Origin: Octopus sinensis
Lineage: Eukaryota
Direction: 5' to 3'
Length of the DNA: 64,000 bases
Assembly: GCF_006345805.1 (NCBI RefSeq)
Contig: NC_043008.1
Coordinates: 54,126,001-54,190,000 of the forward strand
Shown here: piece after piece, positions 52,169-64,000 of the stretch
Layout of the letters: each line of letters opens with the position of its first letter
Numbering within the stretch: the stretch's first letter is position 1
Notes under the pieces: generated by a model
What the model saw: the letters and a program-made list of their open reading frames with translations, nothing else
Databases searched by the model: none
What the model was told of the DNA's origin: nothing
Translations under genes and position numbers: made by a program

Positions 52169-53191
52169 GAAAGAGAGAGAGACGTATACATGTGTGCATG
52201 TGTTTTAATTTGTATGCTGTTTGGTGCAAAGAAAATTTTAGATACCTAATTGTCCTTAGTAATTACACCTTATGATCTTAATTAAATTTGCTTCCAAATG
52301 TTTACAATGATAAATGACAGAAATAATTTTTTTTCAAGAATATATAAGCAACAGTAAATGATATATCAACGTTACTTGTTAAATATTTGACATTAATAAA
52401 TCATATTCATACTCGTTATCCTCCTTCTGTAAATATATTAGGCTGTAAGTTAGCCGCCCAGTATTAATATTGATTTAGTTTTAAAATATGAGAATGCCGT
52501 GCAATAACTGCCAAATTCACACATGAATAAGCTACAACTACAAGCCTATAAATGCTCCCATTTCCTTCCCTCTATCTGCTTCTTCTATCGCTACCACAAC
52601 GTGCTCTGTTGTTCTCGAAGTAGCTCGATAGATAGCGGCTCCACCAAAGCTTACCTAATTGATATATATCTCTGTCTGTCTCCACTGAACCTGTTGTGTC
52701 TGTTCTTCCTAGCCTGCCACATCATATACTAAATATTTTCTGACCCAACCATCTCTCTTTTTTTTTTTTTTCATGCGAAAGCGAGTGGACTTGTCATTGG
52801 AAGTGTTGAGTTCACAGTCGTAAAGTCGTGAGTTCAATTCCTAGTCTGGGTGACACATTTTTTTTTTTTAGCATAACACATCAGTTCACGTTCGTACAGT
52901 CTACCAAGCCGAAATGTGTATCAGTGGTAGTGGTAGTTTAACCTTGCGAGAGACTGGTGCTCAGTAGATATTATGCATTCCATTCACTTATATGCCACCG
53001 GTTTGATATTCCTGTAGGTTCGAGACGGATTCTCATTTAGTTTCCAGGAAGTTACCATTCATAACTTCCTTTCAAATAGAACATCAATCCTACTAGCCTA
53101 GAACGTCTTCAAAAGTTACAGGCACTGCTGTTCTCCTTCTGACTAACCCATAACAGAAAAAATCAGTGTTTTGTAGTTTTTGTAACCTCTA

Positions 53192-53408
53192 CAAAGAATT
53201 ACCAAAAAGTTCCTGGCTTTGGGTGAAAGAAAATACAGGAGGATCAGTTAATTATGATTTTATTCAATATATTTTCCTCTCAGATTCAAACCCTCATTGC
53301 AGCGGTCCTTCAGTTTTTGTAAACCCTGCAAAAGAGCTCAGAAGGTTGGGCCTCCAACCAGGCCTTTCGTGATACCCTTAAAGCCATGAACTTTTCACCA
53401 CCCCCTCG
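53192..53408 (-). mobile_element. 217-bp mariner-derived MITE, second copy
   Basis: Reverse-complement homolog of 13641-13857, flanked by TA. Confidence 0.85.
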
Positions 53409-53839
53409 TAGTTGTCCCCTATTTTTGATCAAAGGTGTTCCTTCTTGACCGTCAGCTCTTTTCAGCTACAGGGTATTTTGTTTTAATGTATCCTTCCTTT
53501 CTGCAACATGGTAAGCTGTTATTTGAGGTAAATTTGGTTACAATTTTTAGGGGATTGGCAAACCACACATAAATGACCATGTTTTAGTTACTGTCTCGTA
53601 ATCCCTGACGATATGAAATTCGAATTTTTCCCGCAAGTTTATAAGATCAGGAAAGCTGAAGAACAACACAATTCAGAAATATGTTTAGACTGGTACCCTC
53701 CTAATTCTGCAGGCTTTGATTTACTTTGTCTCGAAAGACAAGCCAACAAGATACCCTCCATATGGTCGCTTACATGCTAGAAATAAAAGCCAATATTCCC
53801 ACAAATGACATTCATCATTCTTATGAAGACATAGGCACA

Positions 53840-54135
53840 GTCATGATTCTGTGGTTAAGAAGCTTGCTTTGCAAACAAATGGTTTCGGTTTCAGTCTGAT
53901 TGTGTAATATCTTGAGCGAGTGTCTTCTACTATAGCTCCGGACTGACCAATGCATAGTCAGTGAATTTGGGCGCTGGAAACTGAAGAATTCCGTTGCGTA
54001 TATGAGTGCACGTGTGTGTGTCTTTGTGCATGTGTAAGTCTTTATGTTTGTGTTGGTCCCCGCATCACATGACAACCGATGTTGTTTTGTTTGCGTCCCC
54101 GTTACTAACCGTTCGCAAAAAAAAATAAGAGACTA
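53840..54135 (+). mobile_element. Diverged SINE family A
   Basis: GTGTCTTCTACTATAGCTCCGGACTGACCAATGC...GACAACCGATG. Confidence 0.7.
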
Positions 54136-54139
54136 ATAG

Positions 54140-55123
54140 CACTGGTCAGCGATTTTTGAAAAGTTGTGTGCTTCTTAAATGAGATTAGTATAATCTCATG
54201 TATTTTTATGCACTGAATCCAAATATCACATTGAAAACTGCTTATTGACTATAGATTAAAAGATAAGCAGCATGTAATAATTAATTATTTCCTTAGAACG
54301 TACCTTATGTGCCATTACATGGTTTAAACTTTAGTCCATATCTACTCTGTTCCTTTTTGCTTCACGCTTGTAGTGGACTGAAGAATCATCTCTTGCCAAC
54401 GTCCAGCGACAGTCTGCAAGCATTGTTGTGCTCCATTTACCCTGGTACCGCTACTTTTACATGGCTGAAATATCTTGGTGCATATGTGAGGAGCCCAGTT
54501 CTTATCCTGGTCACCAATCTTGCATCCCAAATATAGGTGATATGCCTTTATGACCATATCAATTATACAGCTCTTCTGTGATGCAAAGATCACCCTACCA
54601 CAAATTTAACAGAAGTTGTCTGCTTTATTCACACAAGTACGAGGCATCTTGAAAGAAGAAAATAACAAACAATTAGAAGATAAACAAACAAAAATTATTC
54701 ATAAATTTATCATTATCATATGGAGTATGACAGCTTAGCAGAATTATTTATTTTATTCAGTAGGAAAATGAAATTAGTATAAAATGTCTCACATGCATAT
54801 CAATAGCTTGCTCATTGAATATTTATTATAAGTTTTAAAAAGTGTTTGGCTAGGAAAATTGCCTGCTTTTCAACTCAGAATGTTGACCTGGACAGCACAA
54901 CCACCTCCTATGACTGCTGGAACAATACTGAAAGGCAGTGAGACTATGAGTGTGGTAAGAAACGCTCAGCCGCAAGCGTGTTGGAACCTGTTGTGACACG
55001 AAGGTGTATCTTGAATAAGCAGAGCTAACAAACAAATTTAACCATGATATTCATTATCGGCGACCTAAAATTAGTTGGAAATTTCTACTCTGGTCTCGGA
55101 AGCATTTTTGTTGGTGACCAGTG
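54140..55123 (-). mobile_element. Chapaev3-like (CMC) transposon, internal-deletion derivative
   Basis: TAG|CACTGGTCA ... TGACCAGTG|TAG. From the ATG at 54647: MPRTCVNKADNFC*ICG...AYHLYLGCKIGDQDKNWAPHIC, fused to the C-terminal HQDISAM*K*RYQGKWSTTMLADCRWTLARD. Confidence 0.82.
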
Positions 55124-55139
55124 TAGTATAATTCCTAGA

Positions 55140-55524
55140 GTGGAGGCGCAATGGCCCAGTGGTTAGGGCAGCGGACTCGCGGTCATAGGATCGCGGTTTC
55201 GATACCCAGACCGGGCGTTGCGAGTGTTTATTGAGCGAAAACGCCTAAAGCTCCACGAGGCTCCGGCAGGGGATGGTGGTGATCCCTGCTGTACTCTTTC
55301 ACCACAACTTTCTCTCACTCTTACTTCCTGTTTCTGTTGTACCTGTATTTCAAAGGGCCGGCCTTGTCACTCTCTGTGTCACGCTGAATATCCCCGAGAA
55401 CTACGTTATGGGTACACGTGTCTGTGGAGTGCTCAGCCACTTGCACGTTAATTTCACGAGCAGGCTGTTCCGTTGATTCGGATCAACCGGAACCCTCGTC
55501 GTCGTAACCGACGGAGTGCTTCCT
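55140..55524 (+). mobile_element. tRNA-derived SINE family C, full length
   Basis: GTGGAGGCGCAATGGCCCAGTGGTTAGGG (A box), GGTTTCGATACC (B-box-like); several homologs in the window. Confidence 0.9.
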
Positions 55525-56308
55525 CCATAATTCCTAGATTTAAAAAGAAAACATGTACCGGGGTCGATCTGTTCGACTAAACCATTCAAAGCGATGCTCC
55601 AGTATGGCCTTAAGCACCCTACCTGAAATAGATAAATCCCTGATATCACGCAGGAACATCATGGGCAATCAAAATTCTCCTGGCAATAAACAGCAACAAG
55701 AACAACAATTGACTGTTTATTCTAATATTTCTACCATTTTTACGAAGCTATTTCCTGCACGCCATTTTTTTTCTTCCATGTCCTTCTGAAATTTTATTTT
55801 GTCGTTCATTTTATTTTCGCTTAATTACAGTCTCTTTATCTCCCACCAAAAAGCAAAACGAAAATAAATAAAATCACTGAGTACGTTACATTGTCGCATT
55901 GCATTATGGGTGATGACAAATTCGTTTTTTAATTTTTTTTTTCATCTTATGCTTTTAACTGCAACATACTTCGTGTTGAATTTGCAGAAATTATAAAACA
56001 TACAAACAGTTAAACAAGGAGTAAAATTTAAAACGATGAGTTTATTTGAAAAAGAAATACTTCTTGGTAATTAGCTTGTTAAAATAAAGCTAAAAAAATA
56101 ATTTAATTTTTTGAAGAAAAACATTTCAGTGAAATATTTAAAAGTAGTGCTACTTCTAATTTATAAAATAATTTTCTTCTTTAATCCCAGTGAAATGCTA
56201 CTTAAAGGATATCAAACACGCACATAGAGTAACGGATACTTCATTTAATTTTGACTGCTTTTTTTCTCTCTTATTATTTCTTCTTCTTTTCCCATAAACA
56301 CATTATCA

Positions 56309-56376
<68 letters not shown>

Positions 56377-56419
56377 CATCATTATTATTACTATTATTAT
56401 TATTATTATTATTATTTAT

Positions 56420-57370
56420 TATTATCATTATTATTATTGAAAGGCAGTTTTTCTGTGCCTGGTGACAATAGCGAAAGAGGTAGTGTAGTGGACGAGGTGG
56501 GAAGAACTGAAGGCAAACAGAGATTTTCTAGCCATCTATCAGTAAGAATATATAAGGCAGCAGTTTTAGCACTGATTTTCATACGTTTAGCTTTTTCTAT
56601 GCTTGTTTCCAGTACGTCTAATTCTGGGATTTTTTTTGGGGGGGGGGGGAATTCACTTAGATATTTCTTTGCCTGTTTTGTTACTGAGTATGATGTTTTC
56701 TTGATTTTGTGCTTTAAGACAAGTTTTAACATTCAGCCATCAGAGTTTTTCAGGTAGGTGTTTAGGCCAATTGTGGCAATCTTCATTGTTAATTCCTGTT
56801 GTACACGGCTACCCCTCTTTTCTTGACAGGTAAAGTCGCTCTATATCTGCCTTCTATGCATTGTCAACAATTTTCGCATTTTTCTGTCACGATTACATAT
56901 TTCAGTAATTGACCAGTTAATGATATTGAAACTGTAAGTCACGACTGGTATGGCTAAAGTATTGATTGCTTTGATCTTGTTTCTTGCATTCAGCTGTGTC
57001 TTGAGTATTTCCCTTGCCTTTTCTGATCCTTTCCCTCATCACTGAATGTTTGATTCCATCACCTTCAAATATCCCTGGGTATCTGTAGCTCTCAACATTC
57101 TGTTGGTCAAGGTTAACGTTGGATGTTTTTATCATTTTTCCTTTGATAAAGGGAGCTTTATCAAATTGCATCCTGATGTCATCACTGAATTGTTTAACAA
57201 GTACTAGTAAGCCCCGTAGTTGTTGGTCATTTTTTGCAAAGAGCTTTAAATCATCCATGTAAAAGAGATGATTTATATTTTTATCAAACATTTTATAGCC
57301 ATATTGTACATCATCGAGCAATTTCGAAACAACAAAACGTTTGTTGAAACCACCATCATTGCATGGGTTG
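56420..57370 (-). mobile_element. R4/Dong-like LINE remnant, RT catalytic region and downstream, disrupted
   Basis: INHLFYMDDLKLFAKNDQQL...SYRYPGIFE, then ILKTQLNARNKIKAINTLAIPVVTYSF...IERLYLSRKEG. Confidence 0.9.
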
Positions 57371-58252
57371 GTTTTGTTAGCTTGTTTATGCCCCATTGGA
57401 GGCTCAATTTCGAAAAGAAGATTTTCATTCTATTTTTAGGAAAATATAATTTTATAAACAAGTATCTTCTAAGGAAGATGTAAGAGTAAGTAAGATGTCG
57501 CTCTGATAGTGTGTTGCATGACACATCAGACTCCTCTGCCTTCTACCCTCAAATGACAGATGAGGTGAACATTCTCCAGGTTCAAAGTCCGATGAACGAC
57601 ACTATCATTATGACGACAAACAGAAGTAGCAACATCATAGAAAACACAACACAGGAATTTAATTCCAATTATGAAGTTGCTTTCCTCGCAATAAATGTGA
57701 CAATACCAAAGACATCAACGAAGAGGGACAACAATAAGCCTACAGGCATGGACCTTACTCACTCCACCACCACTACTGCAATAACAAAAATGATAGAGGA
57801 AAACACAAAAACAATAGCTTCAACAACTTAAATGGCAACAATATTTCCAACGTGTATAACGATGACAACATCACGAAAAATAACAACAACATATTCGCAA
57901 CAACGGCTGCGAAAGGCACTGAACTATACAGGATAGATATCCTGCAAAAAAACATATACCAGATCGAAATGGCTAAACTGATCAGGCTGCCAAATTCACG
58001 GACGGACATTGCCATTTCCCTCTAGGTGTTGGCAGAAACGCATATAAAAGCCATAATTTATAAATGCGTTTCCATAAACACAAAGCGTTCGGAGACGGCT
58101 AGTCAGACAGATGTGGAAGGTGCGCTGAAAGAGATAATGCCCAACATATAGTGTATTCCGAGAATTAAGCAGTAGTCATGATGGGTATACTGGGTTTCGT
58201 ATATTTTACCCCAGTGTCAGAGATGCACATATCGTCAGCCACTAAGGGACAA

Positions 58253-58552
58253 CCAAAGCCTTGTGCGTGGATTTGGTAGACGGAAACTGAAAGAAGCCCG
58301 TCGTATACATTTTTATGTATATATATGTGTGTGCGTGTTTGTGTGTCTATGTTCGCCCCCCCCCCCCAACATTGCTTGACAACCGATGCTGGTGTGTTTA
58401 CGCCCTCATAACTTAGCGGTTCGGCAAAAGATATCGACAGAATAAGTACTGGGCTTACAAAGAATAATTCCTGGGGTCGATTTGCTCGACTAAAGGCAGT
58501 GCTCCATCATGGCCACAGTCATATGACTGAAACGAGTAAAAGAGGAAAAGAG
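58253..58552 (+). mobile_element. SINE family A, 5'-truncated
   Basis: CCAAAGCCTTGTGCGTGGATTTGGTAGACGGAAACTG...GTAAAAGAG. Confidence 0.88.
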
Positions 58553-58566
58553 TATTATTATAGTTT

Positions 58567-58910
58567 AAAACGGCGATCAGGCAAAATCGTTAGCACGTCT
58601 GGCAAAATGCTTAGCGACATTTCGTCCGTCTGTACCTCTTGAGTTCAAGTTCCGCCTAGGTCGACTTTGCCTTCATCCTTTTTGGGCTCAGTAAAAGAAG
58701 TACCCTTTAAATCTCTTCCTTCAACTTATCCTCTTCCCTGGAGTTGCTGGCTTTGTGCTAAAATTTGAAATCAAAGGCGGCGAGATGGCGGAGTTGTTAG
58801 CACGCTGGGCAAAATAATTAACGGCATTTCGTCCGTCTTTACGGTCTGAGTTCAAACTCCACCGAGGTCGACTTTGCCTTTCCTATTTTCGGAGTCGATA
58901 AAATAAGTAA
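58567..58910 (+). mobile_element. Two SINE family B copies
   Basis: Heads at about 58567 and 58773. Confidence 0.8.
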
Positions 58911-58919
58911 GAGTTGAAC

Positions 58920-59190
58920 ACTTCTTCTTCTTCTTCTTCTTCTTTCTTCTTCTTCTTCTTCTTCTTCTTCTTCTCTTTCTTTTTTTCTCTTCTTCTTCTT
59001 CTTCTTCTTCTTCTCTCTTCTTCTTCTTCTTCTTTCTTCTTCTCCTCATCCTCTTCTTCTTTTTCTTCTCTTCTTCTTCTTTCTTCTTCTTCTTCTTCTT
59101 CATTCTTCTACTTCTATTCTTCTTCTTCTTCTTCTTCTTCTTCTGTTTCTTCTTCTTCTTCTTCTCTTCTTTTTTCTCCTTCCTCTTCTT
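58920..59190. repeat. (CTT)n microsatellite
   Basis: Direct reading. Confidence 0.96.
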
Positions 59191-59489
59191 CCAATCAGGA
59201 CTCACGCCATTAGCCACAAAGAATAATCTCTAATTCGAGCCTACTCTAACCTACTAAGAATGCGTGTGGCAACTTGAAGATCCGCCCAACACATGCGATA
59301 GACTGGTGGTTGCATGGGCGCGAAAGCTACGTTGTTATCCTCATTCTGTAAGCGGTGTTTTTTAACGGGTGGAGAGCTGAACCATCCTGGGGTACAGAGG
59401 ATTCGCAATCTAGACTAGGGTCTGAAAGTTTACCACTCCATAGTGGGTTACACCATGGTTCCTCTGATTTCTGGCAGAAGTAGGAATAA

Positions 59490-59670
59490 AGAGTGAGAGA
59501 AAGTTGTGGTGAAAGAGTACATCGGGGTTCACCACTACCCACCGCCGGAGCCTCGTGGAGCTTTGGTGTTTTTGCTCAATAAACACTCACAATGCCCGGT
59601 CTGGGAATCGAAACAGCGTTCTTACGACCGCGAGCCCGCTGGCCTAACCACTAGGCCATTGCGTCTCCAC
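59490..59670 (-). mobile_element. SINE family C 5' half
   Basis: GTGGAGACGCAATGGCCTAGTGGTTAGG head on the minus strand. Confidence 0.82.
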
Positions 59671-60266
59671 GCTGCTGCTGTTGCTTACTGTAGTTGCTGG
59701 ATTGAAAGAATCTGAGCGAAACCCTGTGACTAATAAACAAGTCCCTTTGAGAGGTTTCTCTCTGACACATATTACAGGGAGCTCCGTTCCACGTTTATAA
59801 ATACACGTTTATAATCGTTACACGTAGCGGACTTTTGATCTAAAGAGTATGTATTAGACTAAAGTTATTCGTTTCTTAAGAACTTATCTCCTTTCTATCT
59901 CGTTAATTATCTTCATATGCCTTTCCTTCTCTTTCTATCCCATTCCCTTTGACCTCCCGCTTCTCTCTCTCTCACTCTCTCTCACTCTCTCTCATTCACT
60001 CTCTTTCGCTTTTTCTTTCTCTTCTTCTTTCTCTCTCCTTCTCTCTCTCATCTCTGGATGTTATACCGCTCTCTTTATAACGTTCCTTCACCGTCTCTCC
60101 ATTTTTGTCTCACTCTCGCACATTTTATCGCTTTCTTTCTTTCCTTGTTTCTTTCTTTCTTTCTTTACTTTTCACCTAGACGCCTCACACCCCAATCGTC
60201 TCTTTCTCGTTCTCCCACTCTCCCCTCTTCCTCTATATAACTCTCCATTCTCTCTCTATATATATG

Positions 60267-60320
<54 letters not shown>

Positions 60321-60479
60321 ATAGTATATATACATATATATAATATACGCCAAAGAGGCATAACATACATACATAGATACATTTTACACGCACACACATA
60401 TATATACATAAGTACATGTACACATGCACACACACTTATATAGTACGTATATTCATACATATACATACATACATACATA

Positions 60480-60627
60480 CATACATGCTTACATACATAT
60501 ATACACACATACATACACACACATATGCATGAATGTATGTATGTATGTATGTATGTATGATTTTATGTATGTATGTATGTATGTATGTATGACTGTATGT
60601 ATGTATGTATGTATGTATGTATGTATG

Positions 60628-60659
<32 letters not shown>

Positions 60660-60685
60660 TGTATGTATGTATGTATGTATGTTCA
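60480..60685. repeat. (TACA)n/(TATG)n microsatellite
   Basis: Direct reading. Confidence 0.95.
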
Positions 60686-61081
60686 TCTATCTATATATCT
60701 CTACCGCGTTACTGATAATATTACTAGACTAACTCTCACGTCCATATTTCCAACATCAAATAATCATATAAAGAATTTAAAATGAACAAAGCAGATGTTT
60801 TCTGCAAATTTACTGTCGTTGTTGTTATTCCTTAAGGACATGTATATTTAATTTATTCCGTTCTCTGTGTAGAAGAGTTCTTAATATGAAACCATTCTTT
60901 AAAATGTTATTAGACAACACCTGCCTTGTTTTTCACATTATACTGCTTACACTTAACCAAACTTCAAATACTGGAAATTATGAAGACAATACTTCCTTTT
61001 TCTATGTAAGTATGAAGCCTGAGATTTTTAATCTTAAAGATTTGGCTAAATGAGTTTGAACTTTTCCCCGTATCATTCAAG

Positions 61082-61380
61082 CAGTGAAGGTGCTTGGCTT
61101 AGTGGTTAGGGGTACTCAACTCCCGATCGTAAGTTCGTGAGTTCGATACCCGGTAGTACGGTATGTCCCTGAACAAGACACTTTATTTCTCGTTGCTCCA
61201 GTTCACGCAGCTGCCGAAAATGAGTTGTACCTTTATTTCAAAAGATCAGTCTTGTCACATTCTGTGTGAAGCTGGATTTCCATGAGAACTGTGTTGAGGG
61301 TACGCGTATCTATGGAGCGCTCGGCCACATACACGTTGATTTCACAAGAAGGGCTGTTCCATTGATCGGATCAGCTGAAA
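61082..61380 (+). mobile_element. Diverged SINE family C
   Basis: TGGCTTAGTGGTTAGGG...GAGTTCGATACCC. Confidence 0.7.
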
Positions 61381-61409
61381 AGCCAATTGACAATCCTGCT
61401 AGCTAGACA

Positions 61410-61785
61410 ATCCCAGTGCGTAACTAGTACTTAATTTATCGACCACGAAAGGATGAAAGGCAAAGTCGACCTCGGCGGAATTTGAACTCAGAACGTAGCG
61501 GCAAACGAAATACCAATTTCTTTACTACCCACAAGGGGCTAAACACAGAGAGGACAAACAAGGACAGTCAGACGGATTAAGTCGATTATATCGACTCCAG
61601 TGCGTAACTGCTACTTAATTTATCGACCCCGAAAGGATGAAAGGCAAAGTCGACCTCGGCGGAATTTGAACTCAGAACGTAGACGTAATACTACTAAGCA
61701 TATCGCCCGGCGTGCTAACGTTTCTGCCAGCTTGCCGCCTTGTTTCTGCCAGCTTGCCGCCTTGTTTCTGCCAGCTCGCCGCCTC
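61410..61785 (-). mobile_element. SINE family B dimer with triplicated 5' 22-mer
   Basis: Junction AAAGAAATTGGTATTTCG (minus strand); GTTTCTGCCAGCTYGCCGCCT three times at about 61720-61785. Confidence 0.88.
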
Positions 61786-62484
61786 TCCACACAGTTTCCA
61801 TTTACTTAATTCCTTTGAGACTGCAGAATTCGAAGCTCTGCTAGCAGACATTTGCCTATGGTTCTGCGCAACAGGATGAAACCAGCAATCATGTATTTGT
61901 GACGCAAAACTCGTTAATCACGCAATAATGGTGACTGTGTCAACAGTTCTGTGCGGAAGAACAGAATTTTCTATGACTGCATAACACTGTACACAGTTTA
62001 TTTACTCACGTATGAGTGGTCGGGAGTGACACGAATCCTGTGTGCAATTCTGTTATATTGGTTCTGTGTTTATGTGAAAGAATATATGTGTGTGGTGTGT
62101 GTGTGTGTGTGTGTGTGGTGTGTGTGTGTGTGTGCGTGCGCGGTTGTGTACGTGTGTGTGTGACGCGCACGTATGTGTGCTTCTGCATGCTTGAGTATAT
62201 ATGAGTGTGAGTGTGTGGTGTGTGGTGTGTGTGTGTGTGTGTTGTGCGATAGTTGACAAATCGTATAATATATTCTGTTGTAGTGCAAAAGGGTTTTCAA
62301 CTCTGTGTGTATATGTTTGAATGCGTGCGTGCGTGTGTGTTTGTTGTGTGTGTGTGTGTGTGTGTATGTGTGTGTGTGTGTGTGTTTGTGCGTATGCTTG
62401 ACATTTTATGTGCATGTGCATGTTTTTGAAGAGGCAGATAGATAGATAAATAGATAGATAGATAGATAAGAGACATACAGACAA

Positions 62485-62519
<35 letters not shown>

Positions 62520-62662
62520 AGATATAGATATGCATAATGTATGTATGGTTGTGTATATGTATACATATATATACATATATATATATCTATAAAAAATATT
62601 GTATATATATATATATATTATATATATATATATTATACATAACCCGCACATATATATATATA

Positions 62663-62711
<49 letters not shown>

Positions 62712-62716
62712 ATATG

Positions 62717-62763
<47 letters not shown>

Positions 62764-63012
62764 TGTGTGATGTATGTATACACATATATATTACATGTAT
62801 GTGTGGCTGCGCGTGTCTGTGTTAGTATTTTTCCTTTTTTATTTTTATTTTTTTTGGAACGTCCTCATCCGAATAAATATTCAGATTCCAGCAGCGATGT
62901 ATTGATTCTTGTGTCAAAGTAGAACAAGTTGCCTGCCTCTACAGACGGGAAGTTATCCTGATAATTTACCATTGTTCGCTTTCAAATGTTGTCTCTTCCA
63001 GCAGATGTAGAA

Positions 63013-63157
63013 TCAATCCTTGATGCAAGACCTCTTCAAGTAAACAATACACATTCGAAGAACTCCAATAAATAACAATGGAAGACACTTTTGACAGAAT
63101 ACTCGGCAAAAATCTACTTGACATCCATTTTGGTTGATGTGGTTTTCTTCTTGTGAA
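63013..63157 (-). CDS. Possible terminal coding exon of unknown protein
   Basis: Acceptor TTTTTATATGTTACCAG, then SQEENHINQNGCQVDFCRVFCQKCLPLLFIGVLRMCIVYLKRSCIKD* in non-repetitive sequence; no homology recognised. Confidence 0.25.
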
Positions 63158-63239
63158 CTGGTAACATATAAAAACATTAATAGAGAGAATGAAGGAGGGA
63201 AAGGGATGGAGAGAGAGAGAGAGAGAAAATAACATCAGA

Positions 63240-63575
<336 letters not shown>

Positions 63576-64000
63576 CATACATACATCTGCAAAATAACCT
63601 TGCGCTCTTTCACCTTTAAATAAATTTCTAGAAAGATTCTGTAACTGACCTTCTAATGTAAGTGCTTATGTATATGATCTTGTGATGTTAGAAGATATCT
63701 ATTGAATAGACACAAATAACTTAGAATCCCCAGATCGATCTCACTGTTTGGCAGTCTGGGGCAAGGAATGGTAGAACGATAGTTTGTGTCGACCCAAACT
63801 TTGTTAGTGAAATTAGATCGATGGCATAAACTGCGTAGCGGTCAATCTGATGGATTGTACTTCAAAAAGTTTTGATTTTTATAGAAATTATGTTCCGCTA
63901 ATTCTACCCGGGAATTATGTTAAAAGTACAAGTGCCAGTGAAAACTGCGGTCGTTTATAAATTGATTTAACAAGGAGGTTATTCAGCTGATCTAGTGAAT

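Noticed and set aside
55140-55220. SINE heads as possible tRNA genes
   Set aside because: No complete cloverleaf, and each continues into a SINE body.
58180-58240. CTGACGA...GAAACCCAGTA on the minus strand
   Set aside because: Stem II does not close and stem III is not palindromic; likely juxtaposed repeat fragments.

Overview
AT-rich eukaryotic DNA, very dense in microsatellites and repeats, with no confidently supported host protein-coding gene; most ORFs in the supplied track are microsatellite read-throughs. The tRNA-derived SINE families and overall composition look like an octopod cephalopod (Octopus-like) genome. That assignment is from recall, not a database search. Recognisable elements: at least three tRNA-SINE families; DNA-transposon remnants and MITEs (Tc1, maT/DD37D-like, mariner, Tigger-like, hAT-like, Chapaev3-like, Helentron-like, and an 8-bp-TSD MITE with internal TTAGGG); non-LTR retroelement fragments (R4/Dong-like RT, L1/Tx1-like 3' end); and three Penelope-like (PLE) GIY-YIG fragments. 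The main signal is a set of about ten minimal type I hammerhead-ribozyme (HHR) motifs with palindromic stem III. Several sit in fold-back (inverted-repeat) non-autonomous elements, three of which share a common 3' tail. Some have non-canonical cores, most notably a G3:C8 compensatory swap (GUGAACA instead of CUGANGA) at 30811-30860 with a mirror copy at 30528-30577. All structures were folded by eye and none has been tested for activity.
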